A DNA stretch of 64,000 nt from a virus, in the IMG/VR virus record IMGVR_UViG_3300027749_000098, positions 7,421 through 71,420 of that record. One strand, written 5' to 3'. Below are positions 38,601 to 47,845 of the stretch, piece by piece. A program made the position numbers and the translations under genes. The notes below the pieces were generated by a model. It was given only the letters and a program-made list of their open reading frames with translations. It was not told the DNA's origin and made no database searches. Each line of letters opens with the position of its first letter. Within the stretch, counting starts at the first letter, position 1.

Positions 38601-40244
38601 TCTATCAAAAGTTGGATCTATTACTGTTGTTTGTCCTGCTGAATTTAACGTAGTATTTGCAGAAAATCCAGTAGAATTTGAAATTGACGCTATAGATTGT
38701 ACATCTACCATTTTTTGTTGCGGTACCGATACATTATATAAGAATGCTGTATAATTATTTTTATCTACATAATCTATATTTCTAATATACCCATATCCTA
38801 ATATACTATTGGTTGCCGAAGTTGATCCTTTTGGTATATTATGTAATGCAATTTTAGATCCAACAGCAGGAATAGGTAAACTACCAGATACATCGTTTAT
38901 TCTAATACTATTCCCGTAATATGTATTCGTAGTTATGTCTTCAGAACTATCAATTTCTCTTGCTTTATTTAAACTTATATTTGTTGGAAATGATGCATTA
39001 AACGGATATCCGAATACATAAGCTTTTCCAGATGAAATGCTACAATTTAATTTTGTTTCATCATGACTAAAATTAGAATTATTAAATGCAATTTTAAATG
39101 GAGAAACAATAAAATTTCCTGCATGATCATACATTTGTTTAGCTAAAACGTCTTGTAATCCACCAAGAATCGGGTCAGTATTATCAGAAATAACTATACC
39201 GTTTTTTATTCTTATTAATTCTATAAATTTGGTTGATGTTATGGTTGTTTGGTCGAACGTTCCATTAATTAATGGTTTTGAAACTAAATTTAAATAGATT
39301 TTATATCTATCTGCACCTGGAGCTGTATAGTTATATGCGCCTTGAGATGGATCGAGTAATGACGTGTCATCAATATAATCTATAATTGTTTCTTGAACTT
39401 CAAATCCAATAATACAAGAAGGTTGTTGCGTTTTACTATTTGGAACAATTGATTGAGGTAAAGATTTAACAAATGTATTATTTGTAAAATATACTCCGGA
39501 ATCAACATTTACTTCCAATACAACTCTTGATGCATATTTTGTAATTCTTAACGGGACATTATTATAATCTTTTTGTAATTGCTTATTAACAGAAAATATT
39601 GAATTATATCCAACTTCGGTTACAATATAACTTATTGAAAAATTATCAATGGCTGCTGTTATCTCATCACCAACTTCTATAACCGAAGTTGGTATTGTAA
39701 ATTGCGTTGAATTTATTTGACCTGAACAATTATTAATAATTTGAGATTGGTCTGCATTTAATGTAGCTGAATAATATTGTATTTGAGTTAAAATTGATGC
39801 ATCATTTAAATAGATATACGCTTCGTCTTTTGTTGTAAAAATATATAAAGTTTCTCCAGATATATAATTTTGTACTCCATTAATTACTGATTTTACATTT
39901 ATATAATAATTTAGAATATCTGCATAACTAATCAAACCTACACATTTTGATGTTTGTCCAACAACATATCTTCCAGTAAATTCCGTAATATCTGTAGAAA
40001 TAGTTCCTGTATTCTGAAGATCTAATGATTTTACGTTCGAGTCAAGAGTATATTTTCCGCCGCTTACATTTGATCCATCAGATAAAACAAATTTACCAAA
40101 TTTCCCAATTTGATCTTGTAATATTGATTGGGCTTGCGTCAATTCTCTTGCTTGAACTGCCACTCCAGGTTTAAATAAAATTCTATGAAAATTTTTATCT
40201 TCGTTAAAATCATCATAGTATGGTTGTGTATTAAAATTTAGCAT
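32655..40244 (-). CDS. Large VrlC-like/DUF4815 virion structural protein
   Basis: FNTQPYYDDF...RILFKPG.AVQARELTQ.QSILQ; APGADRYKI; RRYTMDDIG.LD.R; Calx-beta/Ig-like segments. Confidence 0.85.
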   Translation of the reverse strand: MLNFNTQPYYDDFNEDKNFHRILFKPGVAVQARELTQAQSILQDQIGKFGKFVLSDGSNVSGGKYTLDSNVKSLDLQNTGTISTDITEFTGRYVVGQTSKCVGLISYADILNYYINVKSVINGVQNYISGETLYIFTTKDEAYIYLNDASILTQIQYYSATLNADQSQIINNCSGQINSTQFTIPTSVIEVGDEITAAIDNFSISYIVTEVGYNSIFSVNKQLQKDYNNVPLRITKYASRVVLEVNVDSGVYFTNNTFVKSLPQSIVPNSKTQQPSCIIGFEVQETIIDYIDDTSLLDPSQGAYNYTAPGADRYKIYLNLVSKPLINGTFDQTTITSTKFIELIRIKNGIVISDNTDPILGGLQDVLAKQMYDHAGNFIVSPFKIAFNNSNFSHDETKLNCSISSGKAYVFGYPFNASFPTNISLNKAREIDSSEDITTNTYYGNSIRINDVSGSLPIPAVGSKIALHNIPKGSTSATNSILGYGYIRNIDYVDKNNYTAFLYNVSVPQQKMVDVQSIASISNSTGFSANTTLNSAGQTTVIDPTFDRLLFKLAYPNVSEINSIRTTLDLFTTTTVSSNNATISSGAIKNQFPTGLSASLPTEDKNQNFIVITKNESGPYKIGQVVDLADVTIEIKQVTNNNQAVFTFNNGYTGQIDVKYSLVYTQAEKKTKTLHKGQVAKVTTSTYPTGIGYSDITQFSGVFKTTNPSVTYDGEWSSSVTYGNNSVVKYGNRLFSSSKVVNLANIPDPSGENWNLLQDVTTQYKLNNGQTEYMYDFGTVTARTPAAAGIVFVIFDYYSHSTNGEYIAFDSYPVTYNKIPIETINNTIYSLKDYIDFRPRRKDLSNPDTFIFDTYKIPSSTTNTNMIYSMSYYLGRIDKLILTKDRKLSWLNGVSSYKNYIPPKDLVDAMTIATIQFDPYSADLQSIKIKYSKHRRYTMDDIGDLDTRLQNVEYYTSLNLVEKAALSTNIIDEFGTRLKNGFIVDSFTNFNVLDLGENNKNISLDLENNVARPSFISRNYTVTGSFDVGESSLINKDNLISFNYTELPIITQNQATGHVKINQFDCISYQGDLYLDPQRSVWTEQIGETVENIDENTAALMNASEIPGLLYDSWNSIYATHPYDVQETANPGVTVNYNNVNYKVTTGRQITKSTEVAVLATSITPKTRSVEIKFNAHGLAPLSRMFIYVNARLVNAYVTPDENPMGVVTSVKILDPGAGYTSGSVTASITTAAATAAVLNLSVVGGVIDTATLSNHGIGYPLGEQLNVVVTGTHANAASISASTVPIKATNLYSNKAGQCSGILRLPNKSSVLESFDVGELVITICDTPHYDLQNAIAVSHATFYSKTSYYKTVVESIRLPYLSKSGAITTQSLPNQTPMIVVPVSTDYMVFSYSEEYTTIRSKSITIPVWLNIQPTADVTVSWLLNASEDISGGSSISANKTTLTFTAANYNVSQDITITYDLGEQPILSDGKKGDNNLPTHIEFYGTSADERYNYGGTAIPLRSWLSKTPIKATTSTHLVPYKKYDPKVGPAAEQSPFITVSPITTSNVGGQSFFTVNYGGGHEIGWWTDSTTTYPLTFTATVANTNCAVISHSTYEDYEYSDQFSGKTRVINKSDQQLLQFKYWIYGVAQGSTTVTVTTASASNPNWSISSTSIPVVVGPALLFPDPEIVVHPNAEIKASTGVVLNSPRTTTSEGTMQIIGVSLSKAPANNVTVAITSSKTAGGGEIYKVSDNGLTSVIGTSLLFTPNTWNHMKTVTVRGTTDPVLYHQATVDYNVTLTGSSADTQFNSISTIVPMKNTDKGTTAPAPPPDPPAPKPVSVNFIYQTLRGNAVNEDGIAVEYTIETSNASGKTLYWVITGRGSPATSSADFISTTGPIVINSSNKGTFTITAIADSLTEGNELFRISIYDNSGASGNPLITCDDTVTDSSRTPSVSVPTFVVTSDVDQINEGQSVSFYVQTTLITTGTKMYYRYQSMASTSESRFSNAVNGSFTIGSDGRNVEPIKFTAIENHNTDKSSAPYYSTFKIITSLLEGGPYLNSQISPLIKLFDTSKSDAVAPPPAAYVYPEVTVSYAGTNHTQNNFNGVKNVIFNITLNGAPKAGDTIKVTMSSDNTETGGTISGLSSVSFTASNYLEAQKITMAGAPLSGSDTQGVSYNAVWSAAADLSTTFTANGKIPLINDKYKWTTKVFAITTYSKSYDALINSGATFTPSVTSYGANVNATEGWIDYSDKTGTDPVHTVTIVEAASSYVVLKITASLRCYHHGTNNDSPGYLPAVAELYGYLGPKDSTTICSMNHFNVSVLSAKNVNTQLNWGGKGTIDPAVSATVLGGNFNKTYTEGGQTRIRYGIIISENTKKKAGEGANGGVGPRMDVEVLVKVNGFYFNMDSASIAVNESIYSSTTSTTYRNDNYDVIGNDPFTYSSSSTKQEVPYNRDALTLQAVHKVLTDSYPTPPDYVFSGDTGADALMNAYNIEVYQKVVDDLTKFINTMKSKDPVYGSPTYLTIGQEQAQLDRYTDILNSFTYLK

Positions 40245-40257
40245 GTTTTTTTAAACC

Positions 40258-41628
40258 TTAATAATTAAGTGTTAATCTAAATTGTTCTAATCCAGAGGAA
40301 GTTCTTTGTATTTTTGCTCTATTTTCTATATAGATAATATTTCCGGAAAAAGGTATCATTTGTTCTATAAATTCTTGTAATAATACTCTAGATGTATTAG
40401 AATTACTGCCATATATACCTTGATATAACGTTACAGTTCCTTGAGTATTTATAAGGTATAATACATTGTTTTTTGAATCAAAATTTAAAACTGTTCCAGA
40501 AAACGTTGGATTCTCAGCTGAACCTTGATATACAAATTCATCTTGTTGGTAAGTTCCAGAACCTTGTGAAACTGTTATGTCATGAGTAGCTTTATATATT
40601 GTTGAATTGGCAAAAACTGCTTGCGAGTTAATTAATATTTCGGGGTTTGTTATTAACCCTATTTGTCTGTAATCAATATCACTCGGTAATGTCCCAGTTT
40701 CAGTTCCATTAAATTCTGCAGTAACCATAACATTTTTACAACCAAGTTCATTTAATAAATTATGTCCATGGCCACCTATTGGTGATGGTTCTGCTATTAA
40801 TTGCGCTCCAGTTCCAGAATAGCCAATATTCGGAATAATAGATGCAGCAGCATATGTATATCCAGTTCCATTATTAGTCATTATTATATCAGTTACAGTA
40901 TTTGATCTAATAATTGCTTTTGCTGTAGCCCCAGTTCCATCTCCAGAAATATTTATTGTAGTTGACGTATTATATCCTTCATCATTAGTATATCCAGTTC
41001 CTCCATTATATACGTTAATAACTGAAACTTCTCCAGCTCCAATTGAATTCGCTTGTATTGATTTTCTATGCGTATCAACCGGTAATGGGATCCAATTCTC
41101 GTCAAAAAATTTTAATTTAGAACCTGAATCTATTGTATACAGATATTTCCATTTATAACCATCTCCTGTATCAATAATATTATCTATAAAATTTGTTGTA
41201 AAATCAATTATTGGTTGTTTTTGTGTTAATGAACCAGTAGAACTATTATTTGCGGTTCCATTTGATAGGCATTTGAATATTTGATCATATGAATTTCGTA
41301 CATAATAATCAATATTCGCGCTTGATGTTGATGAATATTGCTTATATATTGTATTTTGTTTCCAATCTATTCTTTTTATTACAGGGCAAATATCATTTGT
41401 ATTAATCTTTTTTAATGCTATTAAATTTTTAACCACACTTTTCAAATAATAATCGGAATTGCTTGGATTAGGCGGATTTAATTCATCTGGCCATGGATCT
41501 ACTTTTGCAATAAAACAATATAAGTTTAAAAACTCATCTCCGGAGTTTTTAAATATTAAATTTGGAGAATAGAAATATTTAAGTATTTCTTCCGAGAAAC
41601 CAGAATAAGGGATTAAACCTTTAGCCAT
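40258..41628 (-). CDS. gp8: Baseplate wedge protein
   Basis: IFKCLSN, GDGYKWKYLYTI, DYRQIGLITNP, SGNIIYIENR. Confidence 0.85.
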   Translation of the reverse strand: MAKGLIPYSGFSEEILKYFYSPNLIFKNSGDEFLNLYCFIAKVDPWPDELNPPNPSNSDYYLKSVVKNLIALKKINTNDICPVIKRIDWKQNTIYKQYSSTSSANIDYYVRNSYDQIFKCLSNGTANNSSTGSLTQKQPIIDFTTNFIDNIIDTGDGYKWKYLYTIDSGSKLKFFDENWIPLPVDTHRKSIQANSIGAGEVSVINVYNGGTGYTNDEGYNTSTTINISGDGTGATAKAIIRSNTVTDIIMTNNGTGYTYAAASIIPNIGYSGTGAQLIAEPSPIGGHGHNLLNELGCKNVMVTAEFNGTETGTLPSDIDYRQIGLITNPEILINSQAVFANSTIYKATHDITVSQGSGTYQQDEFVYQGSAENPTFSGTVLNFDSKNNVLYLINTQGTVTLYQGIYGSNSNTSRVLLQEFIEQMIPFSGNIIYIENRAKIQRTSSGLEQFRLTLNY

Positions 41629-41630
41629 AT

Positions 41631-44336
41631 TTACACCGATTTATAAATTGTAATATTATTTGATGTTAAATTTTTAATTAACGTGACATTTGCTGTATTC
41701 GTTTGTAATCCACTTTCGTTTAAGTTGTTTGCAAAATATAATATATTATTAATATGATTAATAATATAATTATTTACATTATTATTTGCAAGTATCACAT
41801 AATCTCCAATAGAAACAAATGTATTTACCGAATATTTAGTATCTGCATAATTATCATTAGTTATAATTAATGTGTTGGAACGTGTATAACCATTATAAAC
41901 GTTTGGATATTTATATTGAGTATAATCCTGTAATTCTATCGTATTATTAGAAGAATAAACTTTAGCTATAGTTGAATAGATATTTAAATTTGTATCCCCA
42001 ACAATATAAATTTTATCATTAGCTGAAAGTATTGAACTTATGTTTACTGTATTTGCCAGACCAAGGTGAATTGTATTCGAGAAATACGAATTACTATTTT
42101 CTATTATATATGAATTTGCATTAATTAAAATATTTCCATTATTTAATTTTGTATTTGCATATACATTAAATGCAGAATTAGATTTTATCAAATGTCTTGA
42201 TATAAGGTGTGTTCCAATTGGGTGTAATAAATTATCGATTGTAGTTTTATATGCATCATTATCTTTTTCTGATGCCAAAATATATGTATACGAATTATAG
42301 GTATTATCTTGTAATATAGAATGCGCTGAAAGTTGTCCATCAGAATTAAGATATTTTCCCGCATCTTCTATTAATCCGTTTAGGAATTTTGCAGTAGCTA
42401 CTGCAGAACCATCACCAAACGTTTTAATCCCATTTTTATATTTTGTAGTTGTATAATCTTTTTGTAAAGTTAAAATAGATATTTCGCTTTTGGCTTCCGT
42501 ATCATAAACTGTAAACGTTTTTTCTGAATCTATATTATTTAAATAGTTATAAATTCTAACAGAAAATAACTGATAATTTGTTATAGGATCAAAATACAAA
42601 GAAGTTACAGAATCAATATTACCGAGATAAGTTGGTGAAGATTTAATTCCTTGATAGATTATAGTTTTTCCGCCAACTATATTTTCTATGTTAGTTCCCG
42701 TAACAACTATATCTTGAATTCTTAATGATACGTTTGGAGTGTATGCATAATCTTCGCCATTTTCGCTCAAAGTTATTTTTGTTATAGCTCCAATTTTATC
42801 AGTTTCTAATGAATATTCAGCTCCAGTTCCTAATATAGAAGGAATAATAAATTCGGCATTAGCTCCATATATGGAATTAGCAGTAACAATTGGCAAATTT
42901 AAATTATTATACCCCATTCCGCCAATAGTATATGGATTATTCGTGTCTTGATAATATTCGACAGAAGTTATTGATCCAGCTGAGTTTACAGAATTGATTC
43001 TTGCAAAAGCGAAATTACCGTCACCTCCAGTAATGTTTATTTTGTCGCTTGTTGTGTATCCTATTCCAGGAGAAACTATTTCTATTGGAGCAAGTATTCC
43101 CAACTCTTCTAAATGTTGAGGATATTTATTTATTGTATTTGCGGCAAAAATTGAATTGATATTTAAAATTGGTTGTTGTTCGTACCCGCCGCCGCCATTT
43201 CTTACTGTAATAGCAGTTATAGGAAACGTTTCAAAACTAGTAAAAGATAAAAAGTTTTTAAATTGTGTATTTGCATTTGCGGGTTTAGAAAAATTTAATG
43301 TTGTATTACCAATTGGTACAAACAAATTATCTTCAATACAATTATCACAAATATATGCAGCATCAGCAATATTACTAGAGTCAACTAATGAAATTATGCA
43401 ATTAGCAACTAAATCCGTTGCCCCATCATCTTTAATTACGTCGATAGTTGAATTTGGTGACAACCTATAACCATATCCACCATTTGTGACAATAACATTT
43501 AATATTTGCCCTGTTGTTACTTCAGATACATATGCGCTTGCTCCAATTGGATTTTCTATATCTTCGGTAAACCCGCCAGTAATTACAACTGGATCGTTTA
43601 CTTTATAATATTTTCCTCTTCTATTTGGAGTTATAGTAATATTAGAAAGAGATCCTATAATTTTTGATGTCAATAATTCAGCGCCCAAAGGCGGAGTTTT
43701 ACCATATTTAACATATTTTCCATTTAAAAAATATACGTCTTTATTATCATAATCTAATATTCTAATATTTTCTCCTGACGCAAATACTCTTTGTATATTA
43801 GATACATATATTTGTATAAATTTTCCGTTAATTTTACTTTTTTCAATAATAGCAATCGATTTAGATAGTTCTCCAAATATTTTAAAATTATCGATATTCA
43901 AAAAATTTGCATTTAAAGATTTAATTTTTACGGATTTTGGAACAATCCATTTACCATCGCTGGGTTTTAATACATATTGGCCAGTTTCATAAATATCAAT
44001 ATTTGTATTATATAATGCTTTAAATAGAAATTTAAATGAATCTGGAATACCTTTTGATTTATATAATTCTTTTATAATTTTTATTAATTTTACTTTATCT
44101 GCAGCAATAGTATCGATATCTGGAAAATAAGGAAGAAAATCTTCTGCATAATATGCATAAAATTCTTTAAACCCAGAATCAATATCTAATTTATCTCCAA
44201 ACCCATAAATATCATATGTATCATCAAACCATTGATAATATGCAGAGAAAAAATCAATAAATCGCGAATATGCTGGGTCATCTCGAATAAACGCAGGAAG
44301 TTTGTACTCAAAAAGTGATGTATATTTAGTAGACAT
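41631..44336 (-). CDS. gp7: Baseplate wedge protein (gp7-like)
   Basis: LYKSKG..DSFKFLFKALY, LKPSDGKW, LQDN.YNSYTY, LLHPIG; between gp6 and gp8. Confidence 0.7.
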   Translation of the reverse strand: MSTKYTSLFEYKLPAFIRDDPAYSRFIDFFSAYYQWFDDTYDIYGFGDKLDIDSGFKEFYAYYAEDFLPYFPDIDTIAADKVKLIKIIKELYKSKGIPDSFKFLFKALYNTNIDIYETGQYVLKPSDGKWIVPKSVKIKSLNANFLNIDNFKIFGELSKSIAIIEKSKINGKFIQIYVSNIQRVFASGENIRILDYDNKDVYFLNGKYVKYGKTPPLGAELLTSKIIGSLSNITITPNRRGKYYKVNDPVVITGGFTEDIENPIGASAYVSEVTTGQILNVIVTNGGYGYRLSPNSTIDVIKDDGATDLVANCIISLVDSSNIADAAYICDNCIEDNLFVPIGNTTLNFSKPANANTQFKNFLSFTSFETFPITAITVRNGGGGYEQQPILNINSIFAANTINKYPQHLEELGILAPIEIVSPGIGYTTSDKINITGGDGNFAFARINSVNSAGSITSVEYYQDTNNPYTIGGMGYNNLNLPIVTANSIYGANAEFIIPSILGTGAEYSLETDKIGAITKITLSENGEDYAYTPNVSLRIQDIVVTGTNIENIVGGKTIIYQGIKSSPTYLGNIDSVTSLYFDPITNYQLFSVRIYNYLNNIDSEKTFTVYDTEAKSEISILTLQKDYTTTKYKNGIKTFGDGSAVATAKFLNGLIEDAGKYLNSDGQLSAHSILQDNTYNSYTYILASEKDNDAYKTTIDNLLHPIGTHLISRHLIKSNSAFNVYANTKLNNGNILINANSYIIENSNSYFSNTIHLGLANTVNISSILSANDKIYIVGDTNLNIYSTIAKVYSSNNTIELQDYTQYKYPNVYNGYTRSNTLIITNDNYADTKYSVNTFVSIGDYVILANNNVNNYIINHINNILYFANNLNESGLQTNTANVTLIKNLTSNNITIYKSV

Positions 44337-46379
44337 TTAAATTTTCGGTTTTACGTTAATTGTTATTGCCGAGTCATCCATAATATCTAATGTTAATATT
44401 TTATCTTTAACTGAAGAAAATATTGTGGATTCAGGAATTACTGTCACAGAGAACTGCCCTAATAGATTATTTATATAAAATGGAGTAAAATTATTTAATG
44501 TAACTATTCCATCAGTATAATTTATTGTTCCGAGATTAGTTTGTAATATAGTTTTTATATTATTAATATAGTAATAACTTCTTAATTGGGCTATATTTCC
44601 AGTTAAAACAGGAACAGCAATTGCACCTGAACCTCCTCCTCCGGTAATTACTGCGACTGCCTGTGTATAATTTAATCCTGCGTTTGTTATATTAATTGCA
44701 GTTATTACACCATTTGTAACATCAGCAGTTGCGACAGCGCCAGTTCCATCACCAAAAATATTTACTGTTGGTATTGACGAATATGCAGATCCGCCGCTAA
44801 TAAGTTGAATAGATTCTAATGTATTGTAAATTGAGGGCGATTCTTCTATTTTTGCATTTGTATAACGAATGTTTGTTGTTAAATCAACATAATCAAAATA
44901 ATCGCTATCTAACGAGCCTTTTTTTATTACAGATTCAAATTTAAATGTATAAGAATTAACTGCGCTAAATATTGGATTAAACTTTTTTTGTAAAAATACG
45001 GATGATTCACTTGTTATGATTGCAGTATCAATTTCTTTTATTGCAGTTATTAAATCCGGTAAAATAAATACAGAATCAAAAGTATTTAATGTTTTATTAC
45101 AAAAATTTAAAATACCTAATTTTAATAAACTTGTTAACTGAACTGTGTCGAAAATTGATCTATTTTTATCAAAATATACATTAGTTGATATTTTTAAAAA
45201 TGTATAATTAACATCAACTATTTCTGGGGTTATAGTGACAACACTAAACGGTTTAATATATTCGTTAATTAATCTATATTTTTGTGATGCAGATAAATTA
45301 TACCCTCCATTTGGTTTAATACATATAAATGTTTTACCATATTGAGGCGGATTCATATCTTCTCCACCCCAAACATTGACTGCTTGAATTGGTATAATTG
45401 AATTATCTCTTTTTAGTAATTCCAAATAATCAGATTTAGTTACAGCTCTATTTTGTGATGCATATGCTTTTGGTGCTGAAAATTTTATTGATTGAACAGA
45501 TTCTTTTTCTTGTCCTCCAGTTGCTACATCAACAAACTCTATCGAAGTATTAGAGTATGTTCCAATTTTATCCATTAACGTAAATTTATATGCACCATTT
45601 GGTGCCATACCAGCTGTAGATAAATATTCAATAGTAATAACATTACCATTAGATAATGCTTTTCCTAATACGCCATCTCCGAAATAAAATTGAAAAGAAC
45701 CGTCTAACCCTTCTTGTAAAAAATATACCATAGAATCGGAATTTAATATTAAATGATTCGATGCCAATTCAAATTTATTAAATACCGTGGATTGGCTACT
45801 ATCATAAACAAGAATAGATATTGTTGTTGTGTCAACATCTGAATCTGGTATGGTAAACATACTTTCTGGGTTTTGTAATGTGTTAACATTAAATGTATAT
45901 CTAACTGGTTGCCCTTGATATAGCGGAACACTTGAAAATTTCGCTACTCCATCTGTTACAGCAACAGAAAATGATTCTAGTGTAACAAAGGGGTAATTAG
46001 TATTATCAATAGCTTGTGAATAAAACTTAGTATATTTTGGCATATCAATTCTAGAAGCTGCTGTTCCTCCAAATGTTATATCCACTAAAGCTTTAGAAGC
46101 TCGTTTAGATGATGGGGTATAATTTAATAATTTTGCATGCGATACAGCTGAACTTCTTTTTACCGCAGTATCTAAAAACGCTTCATTAGCCACCATATTA
46201 AGATAATATGCATTGTAGTGCGTATTATATGCTAATATATCTAAAATAATGGAAATTACTGAACTATCAAAGTTATAATCATTAAATTTATCTTGTTTCT
46301 GTAAATATTGTTTTAAATTGTTTTTGATTTCATCGAAATCTAATTCCGCAATATTAACTGATGAATTGGCACTAGCCAT
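44337..46379 (-). CDS. gp6: Baseplate wedge protein
   Basis: ELDFDEIKNNL, LAYNTHY, FGDGVLG, QNRAVTKSDY, VWGGED. Confidence 0.93.
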   Translation of the reverse strand: MASANSSVNIAELDFDEIKNNLKQYLQKQDKFNDYNFDSSVISIILDILAYNTHYNAYYLNMVANEAFLDTAVKRSSAVSHAKLLNYTPSSKRASKALVDITFGGTAASRIDMPKYTKFYSQAIDNTNYPFVTLESFSVAVTDGVAKFSSVPLYQGQPVRYTFNVNTLQNPESMFTIPDSDVDTTTISILVYDSSQSTVFNKFELASNHLILNSDSMVYFLQEGLDGSFQFYFGDGVLGKALSNGNVITIEYLSTAGMAPNGAYKFTLMDKIGTYSNTSIEFVDVATGGQEKESVQSIKFSAPKAYASQNRAVTKSDYLELLKRDNSIIPIQAVNVWGGEDMNPPQYGKTFICIKPNGGYNLSASQKYRLINEYIKPFSVVTITPEIVDVNYTFLKISTNVYFDKNRSIFDTVQLTSLLKLGILNFCNKTLNTFDSVFILPDLITAIKEIDTAIITSESSVFLQKKFNPIFSAVNSYTFKFESVIKKGSLDSDYFDYVDLTTNIRYTNAKIEESPSIYNTLESIQLISGGSAYSSIPTVNIFGDGTGAVATADVTNGVITAINITNAGLNYTQAVAVITGGGGSGAIAVPVLTGNIAQLRSYYYINNIKTILQTNLGTINYTDGIVTLNNFTPFYINNLLGQFSVTVIPESTIFSSVKDKILTLDIMDDSAITINVKPKI

Positions 46380-46409
46380 TATTATCCCCTAAATCTTTTT
46401 ATTAAATAT

Positions 46410-46811
46410 TTATCTAAGTCTAGATAAAATAAATTCTGCTGTGTATGGTTCAATTAAATTTTCAATATAAAACGTTATCGTTACTTGATATGCGTTATAA
46501 TCATATAGTGCATCAACAACCACCGACCGCAACCCAACTCGTTTATCAAAATTTTTAATTGCAAATTCTATCTCTTTTGATAATACAGAAGAAGCTATCG
46601 GACTCATTGGTTCAAATAATAATTTTCGAATATTTGAACCGTAATTTGGTTGAAATGGTTTCTCGAAATAATTTGTTAATAATAAATTTTTTAATGCTCT
46701 AGCAACAGCTAGTTCTCCAGTAGAAAGCATTAAATCTCTTTTTGCTGGATGCGGTCTAAATGTTAAATCTAAATCGGAATATCCGCTAAAATCTTTTGTT
46801 AATTTATCCAT
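46410..46811 (-). CDS. gp25: Baseplate wedge subunit
   Basis: YSDLDL.F..HP, LKNLLLTN..EKPFQP.YGSNI. Confidence 0.92.
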   Translation of the reverse strand: MDKLTKDFSGYSDLDLTFRPHPAKRDLMLSTGELAVARALKNLLLTNYFEKPFQPNYGSNIRKLLFEPMSPIASSVLSKEIEFAIKNFDKRVGLRSVVVDALYDYNAYQVTITFYIENLIEPYTAEFILSRLR

Positions 46812-46812
46812 A

Positions 46813-47844
46813 TTAGTTTAAGTTTATTGGTTTACCTTTAATATTAGTCGCACCACCGCTTGTTTGGGAAATAGTTCCAGATACATCTGTAGTCATATCC
46901 CCTTTAACGTTTGTGGTCATATTTCCTTTTACTTCTGTAGTCATATTTCCTTTTACTTTAATATTATAATTTCCATCTATAGTAAGATTGGAATCTCCAA
47001 TAATGTAAACTTTATTCGTTCCTTCTATAGTCACAGTGCAATCACCGGAAATTGAAACTCGATCATCATTCAATACAACAGTATATTTATCTTTAACGAC
47101 CTTATCGACCTGTGACCCATCTGGACGCATCTCAGAGTAAGTTCCTGATCTATGGTAGGTATGTATTCTCTCGTGCCCAAACGTATCGTCAAGCTCAAAA
47201 TAATGTCCTGATTCAGTGCTTATAACTTGGTTATATGGATATTTTGCTTTATATGCAGATTCAGGTTCTTTCCATAATTTAGAATTTTCTGGTCCTTTTG
47301 CTTCTTTTAATGAATCATTTTTTACTTTAATAATAGTTTTATCAATTTCTTCATTTCTAGACAACCTACTTGTTGTTGGTTGGTCTAGCCTATATGGATA
47401 TGCCGGAGCTTTATCTTGCTCAGTAATTTTTACGCCACCTTTATCTGGATATTCAACAGATTTAACTTTTCTTGGTGAACTTGCTAATTGATTATCATCT
47501 CTCGGATCGTTAAATCCTTTTTCTTTATTTGGGGTATCTTCTGGTATTCCGTGAAACATACCCATTATTATTGGAAATTGCGTAGCATTTCCATCCATAA
47601 AAAACCCCATTACAAAATCACCTTCTTTTAAGGTTGACGGGGTTGACGACGAACCATTAACTGAAAATAATGGCTGAGCCCAAGGCAATGATTCTGTTGA
47701 TATAACAGTTTTTTCGTCAGAATGTAACCCTTTAATTCTTACTCTACAGCGACCAAGATTAAGAGGATCCATTCTATCTTCTACAACTCCAATCCACCAA
47801 ACAAATCCATTATGACCTATAAAATTATTTCTTTTTGCACTCAT
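46813..47844 (-). CDS. gp5: Baseplate hub/spike protein lacking a lysozyme domain
   Basis: WWIGVVEDRMDP..LGRCRVR OB-fold; YPYNQV.STESGH..ELDDT; C-terminal beta-helix repeats. Start is probably ATG 47844. Confidence 0.88.
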   Translation of the reverse strand: MSAKRNNFIGHNGFVWWIGVVEDRMDPLNLGRCRVRIKGLHSDEKTVISTESLPWAQPLFSVNGSSSTPSTLKEGDFVMGFFMDGNATQFPIIMGMFHGIPEDTPNKEKGFNDPRDDNQLASSPRKVKSVEYPDKGGVKITEQDKAPAYPYRLDQPTTSRLSRNEEIDKTIIKVKNDSLKEAKGPENSKLWKEPESAYKAKYPYNQVISTESGHYFELDDTFGHERIHTYHRSGTYSEMRPDGSQVDKVVKDKYTVVLNDDRVSISGDCTVTIEGTNKVYIIGDSNLTIDGNYNIKVKGNMTTEVKGNMTTNVKGDMTTDVSGTISQTSGGATNIKGKPINLN

Positions 47845-47845
47845 A

